A stretch of 64,000 nucleotides of DNA, from positions 1-64,000 of the forward strand of contig JANLSU010000121.1 in assembly GCA_031362565.1 (NCBI GenBank), given 5' to 3'. The notes under the pieces were generated by a model, which had not been told where the DNA came from, did not search any database, and was given only the letters and a program-made list of their open reading frames with translations. Of this stretch, positions 40,601 to 49,631 are shown in pieces. Each line of letters begins with the position of its first letter. Position 1 is the stretch's first letter. Position numbers and translations under genes: made by a program. Source of the stretch: a bacterium. Its GTDB lineage: Bacteria; Krumholzibacteriota; Krumholzibacteriia; G020349025.

Positions 40601-43495
40601 TTCGGCGACGAGGCGCCGTACGAGTTCCAACGTCCCGGCGGGCTTGCCCGCCGGTTGCGGTTTCGGTTCCGGTTTCGCCCCGGCGCGTATGGCGTCGGCT
40701 GTCGTGGACGCCCCTTCTTCATCCGGCAGCGGTGCCTGCTCGCACGGATTGGCGAGAAATCGCCGCTGCCGATCGAGGTCGAACGGTTTGACGAAGCGCG
40801 TCGCGAAAAGCGCCTCGTGCTGCAGTGCGCTTCCGAGTGCCCACGCTGCTCCGGCCGCGTTCAGCAATCCGACCAACGATTCACTCGCCGCATCGAGGGC
40901 GATGACGGGCGTCGCCGTCTGCCCAGAGGCGAGGGTGCGAAGGGTTTGGCCGGGCCCGACCTCGAGCCACAGATCCACCTCGGAATCCGCGGCCTGCAAC
41001 GCGGCGCTGAAACGCACCGGTGCGGTGACTTGGCGCAGCAGAAGTGCGGCGAGATCGGCCGCGGCTTCGAGTTCCCCGCCGGTCACGGTCGAAAACACCC
41101 GCCGCTGGATCGCACCCAAAGGCGCCGCCGCCAAGTGCGCCGCGAGCGCCGGGACGGCTGCTGCGACGAGTGGCGAGTGGAAGGCACGAGTGACCGGCAG
41201 GCGCACCGCAGCGACACCGGCGGCGCGCGCCAGCGCGATGACCGCTTCGACCGCGCTCGCGTCTCCGGCGATTACGGTTTGGTTCGGGGCGTTCAACCCC
41301 GCAACGACGACATCGCCACCGGCAATCAACCGTTCGGCCGCCGGTGCATCGGTTGCGAGGCTGGCCATTGCACCGGGGCTGCCGAGTTCGCCCATCGCGC
41401 CGCCGCGCGCCGCCGCCAACCGCACGAGCGCCGGCGCATCGAACGCGCCCGCCCAGTGATATGCCGTCAACTCACCGAGACTGTGACCAATTGCGACATC
41501 GGCCGCGAGTCCGAGAGCGGCGAGGGTCTGAAGGCCGGAAAGCGACGCGGTCACGATCGCCGGCTGCGCCACGGCGGTCTGGTGCGGATCGGCATCGCGC
41601 TTGATCACCGTGTTGTCGTAGAGAGCACGCACGGATTCGAAGCGCCGGCGCCACAAACCGCCGTCCAGATGGGCGGGCGAACCCTGCCCGGTGAACAAAT
41701 AGCCAAGGCGCGGCGCGCTCTCGCCGGTATCGAAGTACACGCCGCGGCGCACGTCGAGCATCGGCGGCGCGCCGGCGGCCAACGATGATTCCAGCGCGGC
41801 GAGACGCGATTCGAGCCCGTCCGGCGTGCCCGCTACGACGGCGGCCCGGCAGCGCGGCCGCTTTCGCAGCAGTCGCGCCAGCGCTGCCGCCAAGTCGCCG
41901 AGTTCGGCGAATGAGATTCGACTCGCCGCGCGTCGCGTTCGTTCGACGGCCTCGCGCAATAACTCCACGGTCTCGGCGCCGAAGAGGAACAGCTCGCAAT
42001 CTTGATAGGTGCTCGCGAGAGCGCGCGCCTCGCCATCGAGATCGCCGCCTCCGGGTGTGCCGGCGCCCTCCAACGTGAGATGCGTGTCGATGCCCCCGAA
42101 GCCCATCGCACTGACCGCAGCCCGCAACGGTTTTCCCGCCGGCCAGGGTTCGGCGTCGCGCAGCACCCGCACACAAGCGCCGGTGAGTGACGGATGGGCG
42201 TCGAAACAGCCGGTCGTGGGCGGGCGAATCTGGTTGTGGACCGCCAACGTCGCCTTGATCAATCCCGCGATGCCGGCGGCGGCTTTGGTGTGGCCGATGT
42301 TGGCCTTGACGGAGCCGAGCGCCGCCGGCTCAGCGGCGGGATCGGCTTCGCGCCGCGCCCGCGACAAGACCTCCAGCTCGACCGCATCGCCGACCGTCGT
42401 GCCCGTGCCATGCCCTTCGAAGTAGACGACGCTGTCCGGGCCATAGCCGGCGCGCCGGTAAGCGCGGCGCACGGCCAGGAGTTGGCCTTCCACTTCGGGG
42501 CGCGTGATGCCGCCGCTGCCATCCGAAGCCACGCCCCAGCCGCGCACGACCGCATACACGCGCAAACCACGTGCGAGTGCATCGGCGTGCCGCATCAAGA
42601 CCACGAACCCGCAACCTTCGCCCGGCCAGAAACCGGCCGAGCGCGCGTCATAGACACGCATGAGTTCGGGTGCGAGGGCGCCAAGGCGGGAGAAGCCCAC
42701 CAACTCGAACGGATCGAGGCTCAAATCCACACCGCCGGCGAGCGCCACATCGAGGTCGCCGGCGACGAGCGACGAGCACGCGGTGGTGACAGCCAAGAGC
42801 GAACTGGCGCAGGCGCCGTCCACCGTATAGCCGCCACCCTTCAAGTCGAACTGATTGCAAATGCGCCCGGCGATGGTGTTCGAGAGTCCACCCGCCAGCG
42901 TCTCGTCGCCGACTTCGGGAAACGGCGCCTTGAACGTCACCTCGAGTTCGGACAGAAACTCGTGGCGCTCTTCGAGTGGCTGGCCGCGTTCACGCAGCGC
43001 CGCATCCACCATGCGGCGCACGTAGGGCCAGCGGAGCCGCAGGGTGCTGGCGCGCGAGAACTCGCCGGTGAGCGAATTGCCGAGAACGACTCCCGTTGAT
43101 TCGCGCGGTAAGTGCGCCGGATCGGCGAAGCCCGCGTCGACGAATGCCCGCGACGCCACGTCGAGCGCCAGCCAGTGAGCCGTGTCGGCGGCACGAAATG
43201 CTGGACCCGCGATCCGAAAGCGGGCGCGATCAAACTCCCAGCCTTCGATGACTGCCACATAGGGTGTGGAGATCGAATCGGTACCGGTGCGATCGCCGGG
43301 CGCGTAATCCTCGAACCGCAAACGCTCTGGCGGCACGCGCCGGAAGGCTCGACGCTGCGCCAGCACGTTGCGCCACAATTCGTCCGGTGAGCGCGCGTCC
43401 GGATAGCAGCACGCCATGCCGACGATAGCGATGTCACTCGGGCTCGTCATGGCGTTCGCATCGGAATGCCCATTCGTCATGCCGCGCTCGCTCAT
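37649..43495 (-). CDS. pksE: Enediyne iterative type I PKS (KS-AT-ACP-KR-DH-PPTase)
   Basis: KS DGACASS/GHGTGT/NIGHTK; AT GHSLGE and AFHS; ACP DLHLNSIVVGQ; KR TGGGKGI, DYAAAN; DH DHTLAGDPLFPA, DAAIH; PPTase GCDVE, WTVIECLKK. Confidence 0.96.
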   Translation of the reverse strand: MSERGMTNGHSDANAMTSPSDIAIVGMACCYPDARSPDELWRNVLAQRRAFRRVPPERLRFEDYAPGDRTGTDSISTPYVAVIEGWEFDRARFRIAGPAFRAADTAHWLALDVASRAFVDAGFADPAHLPRESTGVVLGNSLTGEFSRASTLRLRWPYVRRMVDAALRERGQPLEERHEFLSELEVTFKAPFPEVGDETLAGGLSNTIAGRICNQFDLKGGGYTVDGACASSLLAVTTACSSLVAGDLDVALAGGVDLSLDPFELVGFSRLGALAPELMRVYDARSAGFWPGEGCGFVVLMRHADALARGLRVYAVVRGWGVASDGSGGITRPEVEGQLLAVRRAYRRAGYGPDSVVYFEGHGTGTTVGDAVELEVLSRARREADPAAEPAALGSVKANIGHTKAAAGIAGLIKATLAVHNQIRPPTTGCFDAHPSLTGACVRVLRDAEPWPAGKPLRAAVSAMGFGGIDTHLTLEGAGTPGGGDLDGEARALASTYQDCELFLFGAETVELLREAVERTRRAASRISFAELGDLAAALARLLRKRPRCRAAVVAGTPDGLESRLAALESSLAAGAPPMLDVRRGVYFDTGESAPRLGYLFTGQGSPAHLDGGLWRRRFESVRALYDNTVIKRDADPHQTAVAQPAIVTASLSGLQTLAALGLAADVAIGHSLGELTAYHWAGAFDAPALVRLAAARGGAMGELGSPGAMASLATDAPAAERLIAGGDVVVAGLNAPNQTVIAGDASAVEAVIALARAAGVAAVRLPVTRAFHSPLVAAAVPALAAHLAAAPLGAIQRRVFSTVTGGELEAAADLAALLLRQVTAPVRFSAALQAADSEVDLWLEVGPGQTLRTLASGQTATPVIALDAASESLVGLLNAAGAAWALGSALQHEALFATRFVKPFDLDRQRRFLANPCEQAPLPDEEGASTTADAIRAGAKPEPKPQPAGKPAGTLELVRRLVAERIELPVESVSDQHRLLGDLHLNSIVVGQVAVEAATRLGLPPPADPTAYAGATVGELARALEELSATHGTGTALAAPAVPAGVDAWVRPFVTRWLDCPGPGNAPASTHGVWSVFASPGDPLAGAIERALGAKSSGEGVIVILPPEPDERCATLLLEAARALWPRRTTGCFVVVQCDGGGGGFARSLHLESPETATCIVDVPRDDPRVAAWVADEAQAASGFRAVAYGRDGIRREPVLAPGGPLLHAPLALGPDDVLLVTGGGKGIAAECALGLARKYSVRLGLVGRAHPDTDSVLAQNLERFRASGVRFHYAVADVAAAERLRDAVGEIEAALGPVTGVLHGAGTNIPRPLSALDAADFLATAAPKLAGARNLAAAVDASRLKLFVAFGSIIARTGMRGEADYAAANEWLAGWVRRFQADHPACRCLTIEWSVWSGAGMGERLGRLEALVRDGITPIPVDVGVQWLGRLIDTDLPDPSILVAGRFGVQATLKLEAARLPLWRFLEQPRVLYPGIELVVDVELSRDSDPYLADHTLAGDPLFPAVLGLEAMAEAAMAITGATTPPVFEAVEFARPIVVPRDGTETIRVAALVREPGVVDVALRASRTQFQVDHFRARCRFNAVPGETPSRVALAGDSLVDGRLAFEPEADLYGSVLFQDGRFRRVSGYRWLRATECLAEISADGATAWFGTYLPASLVLGDPGARDAAIHALQACIPHRTLLPIAIERLEINRLPSGQAFAVRARERHRDGDTFIYDLEITTPDGAVLEHWSGLTLRAVGPTKAPKAWSAPLLAPYLQRRLDDLVPGLTIGVALQRDGAAGSDDPARAFEVALARRSSVVHRPDGKPELPSEPDLTVSVSHAGALMLAVAGAGTLGCDVEPVVERPSDEWHGLLGAQRYALAVQVARESGENLADSLTRVWTVIECLKKAGVASETPILLRSTTTDGWVMLAAGDALITTFVGVLQPAAERLAFAVFAGGRHAGV

Positions 43496-44463
43496 GACTG
43501 CACCGCCACTGGCGCGAATCGCATTCGCAGCCGCCCGCGCCACGCCTCGTACGCCGGTTCGCTGCCATCGGGCGGTAGATCCCGGAAGGCTTCGTCGGTG
43601 CATTGCGCCGCCGCTTTGGCGCCCAGACCACACAACGTAAGACACGCCCGTTCGGTGTGCGGCGTCGCGTTCCCGGCGCGCTCGCGCGCTTGGGCCGCGA
43701 ACGCCGCGCCCTGGGCCAGGGCCGAGCGATGTTCGCCGGCGGCGCGACGCAAATTCTCCAGCGCTGCGTCATCCGCCCCACCCGCGTACGCGGCCGCGAG
43801 CCCCACTCCGCTCCACAGGTCGGCGTGCCGCGCGGCATCGAAACGTTCGATCGATGCCGTGACCCCGGCGACCCCGGCGCACTCCACGAACCACAGGGCG
43901 CGGCCCAGCCCTTGATCCCACGCGCGCCGCTGGTAGCCGGCAACGATGCGCGCCGGCACCACATGCTGCTCGATGCAGCGCCGGGCACTGAAATACCCAT
44001 CGTGGAAGCCCCAGCCGTCGAGCACGAGCCAGCGCAACCGCTGGTCCATACGCCGGGTGGCGCGCTCGAACGAACGGCCGGCCCGAGCCATCGCCCAGCC
44101 GGCGCCGATATGAACCATGTATGCGTGCCGGCTGCCGGCGCCGGCGAGGAACGTCTGCCATCGGTCGCGCCGCCAGGGCAGCAGCGTATCGAGCAGCAGG
44201 AGCGCCATGCCCGCCCCTTCATAGGCGAAGCCGCGCCGCTCGGGCTCGACGGCCTCGAGCCGCGCCACGAGTTGCTCGCTCGGTCCCGTTTCGAGCCCGG
44301 CGTGGTACCCGGCGACGAAGGTCGCGCCGATCGTTTCGAAGCGCTGCCGCGCCACCGGGTCGCCGCCGCGGAAGCCGCGCCGCTCGAACCGGGTCGCATC
44401 GGGGGAAATGCCGAAAAGGATCCGTTGGAGCTTGCCCAAGTGAAGCGACCCTTCGCGCTGCAT
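43492..44463 (-). CDS. Enediyne biosynthesis protein E3 / UnbL (DUF1702)
   Basis: GFAYEGAGM, HIGAGWAMA, DGWGFHDGYF, DQGLGRALWFV, DLWSGVGLAAAYAGG; ATGA overlap with pksE. Confidence 0.92.
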   Translation of the reverse strand: MQREGSLHLGKLQRILFGISPDATRFERRGFRGGDPVARQRFETIGATFVAGYHAGLETGPSEQLVARLEAVEPERRGFAYEGAGMALLLLDTLLPWRRDRWQTFLAGAGSRHAYMVHIGAGWAMARAGRSFERATRRMDQRLRWLVLDGWGFHDGYFSARRCIEQHVVPARIVAGYQRRAWDQGLGRALWFVECAGVAGVTASIERFDAARHADLWSGVGLAAAYAGGADDAALENLRRAAGEHRSALAQGAAFAAQARERAGNATPHTERACLTLCGLGAKAAAQCTDEAFRDLPPDGSEPAYEAWRGRLRMRFAPVAVQS

Positions 44464-44662
44464 GTCAGCCACAGATTTCGACGACGGTCCTGGCGAGTCG
44501 ACCTGGAACGCGGGGCGCCGGAGCGCGAATCCGAGCGGCCTTGGGAGAGCGAAGCCGGGCACGGAATCGAGCCATCCTCGACACGACGACTATCGCGAGG
44601 CGGTGTGTTCCTGTAGAGTTTCTGCCTGTCCGCGAGCCCCGTCAAGCGTCTTGGAGCCCACC

Positions 44663-46654
44663 TTGTCACCCTTCGTCCGCGTGGCCGTAATGCTACTTGC
44701 GCTCACCGCTGGGTCGATCTGGCTGCGCCCGCATGCTTCTGCGGCGCTTGACCCAGGCGTGCGGTTCGAAGAAATCGCCACCCGGGCGGGATGCAGCCAC
44801 TTGCACTCCCCGGTCGAGTTGTCACCGCGCTTCGCCAACATCATGCCTTGGCTCGTATCGGTGGGCGCGGCGGTGGCCGGGGCCGATTTCGACGGCGACG
44901 GGCGCACGGATTTTTACTGCACCAACTCCGGGCGCGGCCAGCCGAACGCGCTCTACCGCAACCGCGGCGATGGAACCTTCGAGGACGTGGCGGCGCCGGC
45001 CGGCGTGGCCTGCGGCAATCCCGAGGGTGGGTGCGTGCACGCCGTCTTCGGCGACATCGACAACGACGGCGACGCGGATCTGTTCGTGGCCAAGTGGGGC
45101 GAGGCCAATCAGCTCTTCCTGAATCGCGGTGACGGCACCTTCAGCGATGACACGGGGCGTGCCGGTGTCGGCGGGTGGGGCTATGCGAACGCCGCGACGT
45201 TCGTCGATTACGACCGCGATGGATGGCTCGATTTGCTGGTCGGGAACTACTTCGCCGATTCGCTGGCGGACGCCAGCACCGGCAAGATGCAGCGTTCGAA
45301 TTTGTGGGATCCGGTGACGACGCGCGTCATGCACAACACGTTCACTCACGCCGACAACGGCGGACGCACGCTGCTCTACCACAATCTGGGCAATGGCCAC
45401 TTCACAGACGTCGCGGTCGAGTGCGGATTGCTTTTCCGCGGCTGGACCCTCGCAGCCGGCGCCGCCGATCTCAACAACGACGGCTGGCCCGATCTCTACC
45501 TTGCGAACGATTTCGGCCCGGACGAGCTGTATCTGAACACCGGCGCCACCGAGAATCCGCCGCGCTTCGAGCGTGTCGTCGATACGTCGGGGCATCCCGG
45601 CATCGGCGATGACTGGTGGAAAGGGATGAACGTCGATTTTGGCGACGTCGACGGCAATGGTTTCCTCGATGTCTACGTCACCAACATCCTCGCACGCCGC
45701 TACAAGACCGACGAAGGCAACATGCTGTGGCTGAACCTCGCCGACCCGAAGGGGGGCCCCGGTGGACGAAGCTTCTGGAACGCGGCGCGAGCGAGCGGCG
45801 CAGACGACGGCGGCTGGGGCTGGGGAGCCAAGTTCCTCGATGCGAACAACGACGGCTTGCTCGACATCTTCGCGTTGAACGGTTTCGTGAGCGGCGATCC
45901 CGAACACACCTATTGGTACGACCTGCAGGAGATGGTGACGCAAACCAAGAATAACGCCGCCGACACCGCCGACTGGCCGCCGATGGGAAATCGCGATCTC
46001 TCGGGGTACGAACCGAGCCGCTTGTTCGTGCAGCTCGCGGACGGAGAGGACGCGGCACGCGAGGTCGCGGGTGAGCAGGGCGGCGCGCGGCACGTTCCAC
46101 ACTTCGCCGAAGTTGCCGCCGCAGCCGGCATCACCGATGTGCTGAACGGCAGAGGCGTGGCGGTGAACGACTTCGATGCCGACGGGGCACTCGATTTGTT
46201 CGTAGCCAACCAGAGCGCACCTTCGTTGCTCTATCACAGTCTCTTGAAGACCGGCGGACCCGGCCGGCATTGGCTCGGGTTGTCTTTGGCGGGCCGGCCA
46301 GACGAACCCAACACGGTCGATGGACGGCGTTTCGCTTCGACGGCGAGCGCCGTGGGAACGCGCGTCGAAGTGACGGTGGGACCTCGCTGTTTGGTGCAGG
46401 AAGTCAGCGGCGGCACGGGCTTCGCTTCGCAGAGCGAGTTGCGGTTGCATTTCGGCCTTGGCACGGTCGATCGACCCGAGCGAATGGTTGTGAGGTGGCC
46501 AAGCGGGCGAGTGCAGACCTTCGAGGGCCCAGCCGTCGCGGCGTGCGTCGATGGCTATGCGCGCCTGGTCGAAGGCACTCCACTCGAGCCCGGCCAGGGT
46601 GCGAGTGCGGCAGCAAAGGGAATGCCGGCCGCGACGCGGGGAGACACGCCATGA
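44663..46654 (+). CDS. Enediyne biosynthesis protein E4 / UnbV (CRTAC1-ASPIC, FG-GAP repeats)
   Basis: Signal/TM; repeated DxDxDGxxD; ANDFGPD, GMNVDFGD, GWGWGAKF; C-terminal GGTGFASQSELRLHFGLG...VRWPSG. Confidence 0.9.
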   Translation: MSPFVRVAVMLLALTAGSIWLRPHASAALDPGVRFEEIATRAGCSHLHSPVELSPRFANIMPWLVSVGAAVAGADFDGDGRTDFYCTNSGRGQPNALYRNRGDGTFEDVAAPAGVACGNPEGGCVHAVFGDIDNDGDADLFVAKWGEANQLFLNRGDGTFSDDTGRAGVGGWGYANAATFVDYDRDGWLDLLVGNYFADSLADASTGKMQRSNLWDPVTTRVMHNTFTHADNGGRTLLYHNLGNGHFTDVAVECGLLFRGWTLAAGAADLNNDGWPDLYLANDFGPDELYLNTGATENPPRFERVVDTSGHPGIGDDWWKGMNVDFGDVDGNGFLDVYVTNILARRYKTDEGNMLWLNLADPKGGPGGRSFWNAARASGADDGGWGWGAKFLDANNDGLLDIFALNGFVSGDPEHTYWYDLQEMVTQTKNNAADTADWPPMGNRDLSGYEPSRLFVQLADGEDAAREVAGEQGGARHVPHFAEVAAAAGITDVLNGRGVAVNDFDADGALDLFVANQSAPSLLYHSLLKTGGPGRHWLGLSLAGRPDEPNTVDGRRFASTASAVGTRVEVTVGPRCLVQEVSGGTGFASQSELRLHFGLGTVDRPERMVVRWPSGRVQTFEGPAVAACVDGYARLVEGTPLEPGQGASAAAKGMPAATRGDTP

Positions 46655-47706
46655 GTGCGAGCGAACCCGCGGCGGAGCCGGTGCGCCGCGCGCGGCGGCG
46701 CAACTTGACGTTGTTCGCCGCCGGTGCGGCGATCTTCGCAGTGATCACCGTGATTGCGGTGCGCCGCGGCGGCCTCCTCGACCTTCCCGCGGCGCCACCC
46801 GGCGTCACCGCCGAAAGCGCCGGGCTCGCGAACCTGAACGAACTCACGACGCGCGGTCGCGCGCTCGAGGCACTCGCGAGCGGGCAGCGCTCCGACGGCA
46901 CGCCTGCCGATTCCGCCCTCGTCCAAACAGCGGCCGGTCTCGCCGCGATCCGGCGCGACGATTCGGAACATGGACTGGCGATGATGCGCACCGGCCTCGG
47001 TCTCGCGCCGTGTGATCTCGTTCTCGGCAATGGGTACCGCATGGCGGTATTGCAGCTGCGGCGCGCCAATCTCGCCGGCGCGGCGCGGCGCCAGACGCTC
47101 GCCGGGCAGATGCCCGCGTGGCTCGAACACGAACCCATCGCAACGCTCGAGCGGCTCCACGCCGAACACCCCTGCCGCGAAACAGCCCTGCAACTCGCGC
47201 TTGCGTGGGTGGACGAGTTGATCCTTTTCGGTGCGCTCGAGATCAAGGCGCCGGCAAACGTCGAATCGGTGCACCAGCTGACCGAGTTGCTGCGTCAAGA
47301 GCCCATGTATGTGCCGGCGCTCTTCGGCCGTGGACTGAATTACTTGAATCGGCCGGCCCGCCTCTTGTGGCGCGAAGGCATCAAGACCGCACCCGACGCC
47401 GCAAGTCACGACCTGGGCCTATGTGTCGCGATCGGCCGCCGCGTCGGCGGTGCGCCGCCGCAACTCGTCGCGACACTCGCCCTGGCGCTCGGCGATGCGT
47501 TCGCGAAAGAGGGCCACCCCGAGCGCGCACGCTCTTGGTGGCAGATCGCCGGCAATACGTCCCGCGATCCCGCGCTCACCGATTCGATCCGGCGGCGTTT
47601 CGGCTGGCGTGACGACGAAGTGCTCGATCGCCTCGAGACCGAGCTGGCGAGCCGCATGCTCGACCTCGATCACCCGCTCTCCGATCTTTCGTTCATGTGG
47701 CGCTGA
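46651..47706 (+). CDS. Membrane-anchored helical (TPR-like) protein of unknown function
   Basis: 351 aa, ATGA-coupled to E4; N-terminal TM then alpha-helical repeats (ALFGRGLNY, LGDAFAK..ARSWW). Confidence 0.75.
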   Translation: MSASEPAAEPVRRARRRNLTLFAAGAAIFAVITVIAVRRGGLLDLPAAPPGVTAESAGLANLNELTTRGRALEALASGQRSDGTPADSALVQTAAGLAAIRRDDSEHGLAMMRTGLGLAPCDLVLGNGYRMAVLQLRRANLAGAARRQTLAGQMPAWLEHEPIATLERLHAEHPCRETALQLALAWVDELILFGALEIKAPANVESVHQLTELLRQEPMYVPALFGRGLNYLNRPARLLWREGIKTAPDAASHDLGLCVAIGRRVGGAPPQLVATLALALGDAFAKEGHPERARSWWQIAGNTSRDPALTDSIRRRFGWRDDEVLDRLETELASRMLDLDHPLSDLSFMWR

Positions 47707-47732
47707 GGAGGCACACCCTGCACGAGCGACCA

Positions 47733-48584
47733 GTGAAGATCGTTGTCCCGACCCTGCGCGACCCACGCATCATGTTGGCGTTGGCGCTCACGACCTGGAC
47801 GATCCTCGGGCAGACCATGCTCTACTTCAACCGCGACCTGCTGCAGATCGGCGTCGCGCTCGGTTCGGCGTGTGTCGTCGATATGCTGCTGGCGTTCGTG
47901 TTCCAACGCCAGGTGCTGGTGCCGATCAGCGCCTACATTACCGGCCTATCGCTCGGCATTCTGATCGCGAGCAATGACTGGCGGGTGTATTTTCTGGCTT
48001 CGGCCTGGGGTGTGGCGTCGAAGTACTTCCTCCGCGCCGGCAACCGCCACTTCTTCAACCCATCCAACTTCGGCATCGTCGCTTCGGTGGTGCTCTTGCG
48101 CAACATCGCCACCGTTGCACCCGGCTCACAGTGGGGCGGCGAGTGGCGCGTCGCACTTCTCATCCTGGCACTCGGACTGACCATGATGCGACGCGTGAAG
48201 CGCCTGCACTTGGTGCTGGCCTGGCTCGGCGGTTATCTCATGATGAGCATGCTCAGGGTCGCACTTGGCCAAGGTGGGCTCGTGTTCGCGCTCGGTCCCA
48301 TGACCGGTGCCGAGTTCGCGCTCTTTACTTTTTCGATGCTCCCGGATCCCAAGACCAGTCCGCCGACCTCGGGTGCCTGCATCGTCTGGGGCCTCTTGAT
48401 CGCCGTGCTGGACGGCGTGTTGCGTTACTTCGAAATTCGATACTCCATGTTCTACGCGCTCTTCGCCTTCTGCGCGCTCCTGCCGCTGTTCCGTTTGGCG
48501 GCAGCGGCGCGCGGCGCCAACGAGACCGACCCGTGGCGTGTCGCGGTGCGAGTGCTTGGCAAACGGTCCGAGCCGGCGCGTTGA
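47733..48584 (+). CDS. Enediyne biosynthesis membrane protein E5 / UnbU (RnfD/NqrB-like fold)
   Basis: SKYFLR...RHFFNPSNFGI, FSMLPDPKTSP; multi-TM; same operon as E4. Confidence 0.82.
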   Translation: MKIVVPTLRDPRIMLALALTTWTILGQTMLYFNRDLLQIGVALGSACVVDMLLAFVFQRQVLVPISAYITGLSLGILIASNDWRVYFLASAWGVASKYFLRAGNRHFFNPSNFGIVASVVLLRNIATVAPGSQWGGEWRVALLILALGLTMMRRVKRLHLVLAWLGGYLMMSMLRVALGQGGLVFALGPMTGAEFALFTFSMLPDPKTSPPTSGACIVWGLLIAVLDGVLRYFEIRYSMFYALFAFCALLPLFRLAAAARGANETDPWRVAVRVLGKRSEPAR

Positions 48585-48653
48585 AACACCGGCACGCAGA
48601 TCTCACGTGAGCGCCTTGACACCGGCCGGAGCGCCTGCCAGCCTTGCTGCATC

Positions 48654-49631
48654 ATGCGGATTCCACTCGACGCCATTCGTGAAGCGGCCGAACGCACGGC
48701 AGCGTACCTGCACCGCACGCCGATGCTCTCATCGCGCAGTTTGGGTGAGCGCGCCGGGGTGCGTCTCGATCTCAAGTGTGAGAGCTTTCAGAAAACCGGT
48801 TCGTTCAAGCCGCGCGGCGCGCTCAACGTGGTGTTGTCGCTGCCGGCGGAGCGGCGGTCGCGCGGTCTCGTGACGGTGTCGGCCGGCAATCACGCCCAAG
48901 CCGTGGCATGGGCGGCGCGCGTCGTGGGCGTGCCGTGCACCGTCGTCATGCCGGCGGATGCACCGCGCTCCAAGATGGACGCCGTTCGCGGCTACGGCGC
49001 GACGATCGTGACCCACGCCGATCGCGCCACGCTTTTCGACCGGCTGCGCGAGGAAGAAGCCCGTAGCGGTGCGACATTCGTGCATCCGTTCGACGACCCG
49101 GTGGGACTCGCGGGCGCCGGCACGGTGGGTCTCGAGATCGTCGCGCAAATGCCCGATGTCGAGTGTGTGGTGGTGCCGATCGGCGGCGGCGGACTCATGG
49201 CCGGCGTCACTTGCGCCATCAAAGCGCTGCTGCCGCAGTGCCGCGTGGTGGGCGTCGAACTCGCGGCCGGACCCGGTATGACGCCGGCGCTCGCGGCCGG
49301 CAAACCGGTGCCCGTCACCCGGTTGCCAACCCTCGCGGATGGATTGACGCCGCCCTTCGTGGGCACTCTGCCGTTCGAAGTCGCGCAGCGGGCGCTGGAC
49401 GATCTCGTACTCGTGACGGAGGAAGAAATCATGGAGGCCATGCGTCTGCTCCTCGTTCGCGCCAAACTTTTTGTCGAGGGTGCCGGTGCCGCGGCCACGG
49501 CGGCCTTGCTGGCCGGCAAGGTACGGGGGCCCGAGGGCGCCAGAGTCGTAGCGATCGTCTCGGGCGGCAACGTGGATCCCGAGCGCGCTCTCGCATTGTT
49601 TGGGCATGGCGCCAAGGAGGCGGGGGCGTGA
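48654..49631 (+). CDS. PLP-dependent threonine/serine dehydratase (or racemase)
   Basis: KCESFQKTGSFKPRGA, SAGNHAQ, PIGGGGL, SGGN. Confidence 0.93.
   Translation: MRIPLDAIREAAERTAAYLHRTPMLSSRSLGERAGVRLDLKCESFQKTGSFKPRGALNVVLSLPAERRSRGLVTVSAGNHAQAVAWAARVVGVPCTVVMPADAPRSKMDAVRGYGATIVTHADRATLFDRLREEEARSGATFVHPFDDPVGLAGAGTVGLEIVAQMPDVECVVVPIGGGGLMAGVTCAIKALLPQCRVVGVELAAGPGMTPALAAGKPVPVTRLPTLADGLTPPFVGTLPFEVAQRALDDLVLVTEEEIMEAMRLLLVRAKLFVEGAGAAATAALLAGKVRGPEGARVVAIVSGGNVDPERALALFGHGAKEAGA

Noticed and set aside
38297..41788. Long plus-strand ORFs of 521 and 610 aa (similarly 24952-26853, 44822-46450, 506-1594)
   Set aside because: Antisense shadows of real genes in high-GC DNA, with no recognisable motifs
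37649..43645. PUFA synthase or modular PKS; also the longer start at 43645
   Set aside because: Single ACP, C-terminal PPTase and adjacent E10/E3 indicate PKSE; the longer start overlaps E3, while ATG 43495 gives an ATGA coupling
47733..48584. Respiratory RnfD/NqrB subunit
   Set aside because: No other rnf/nqr genes; the NPSNFGI motif and position after UnbV fit E5/UnbU
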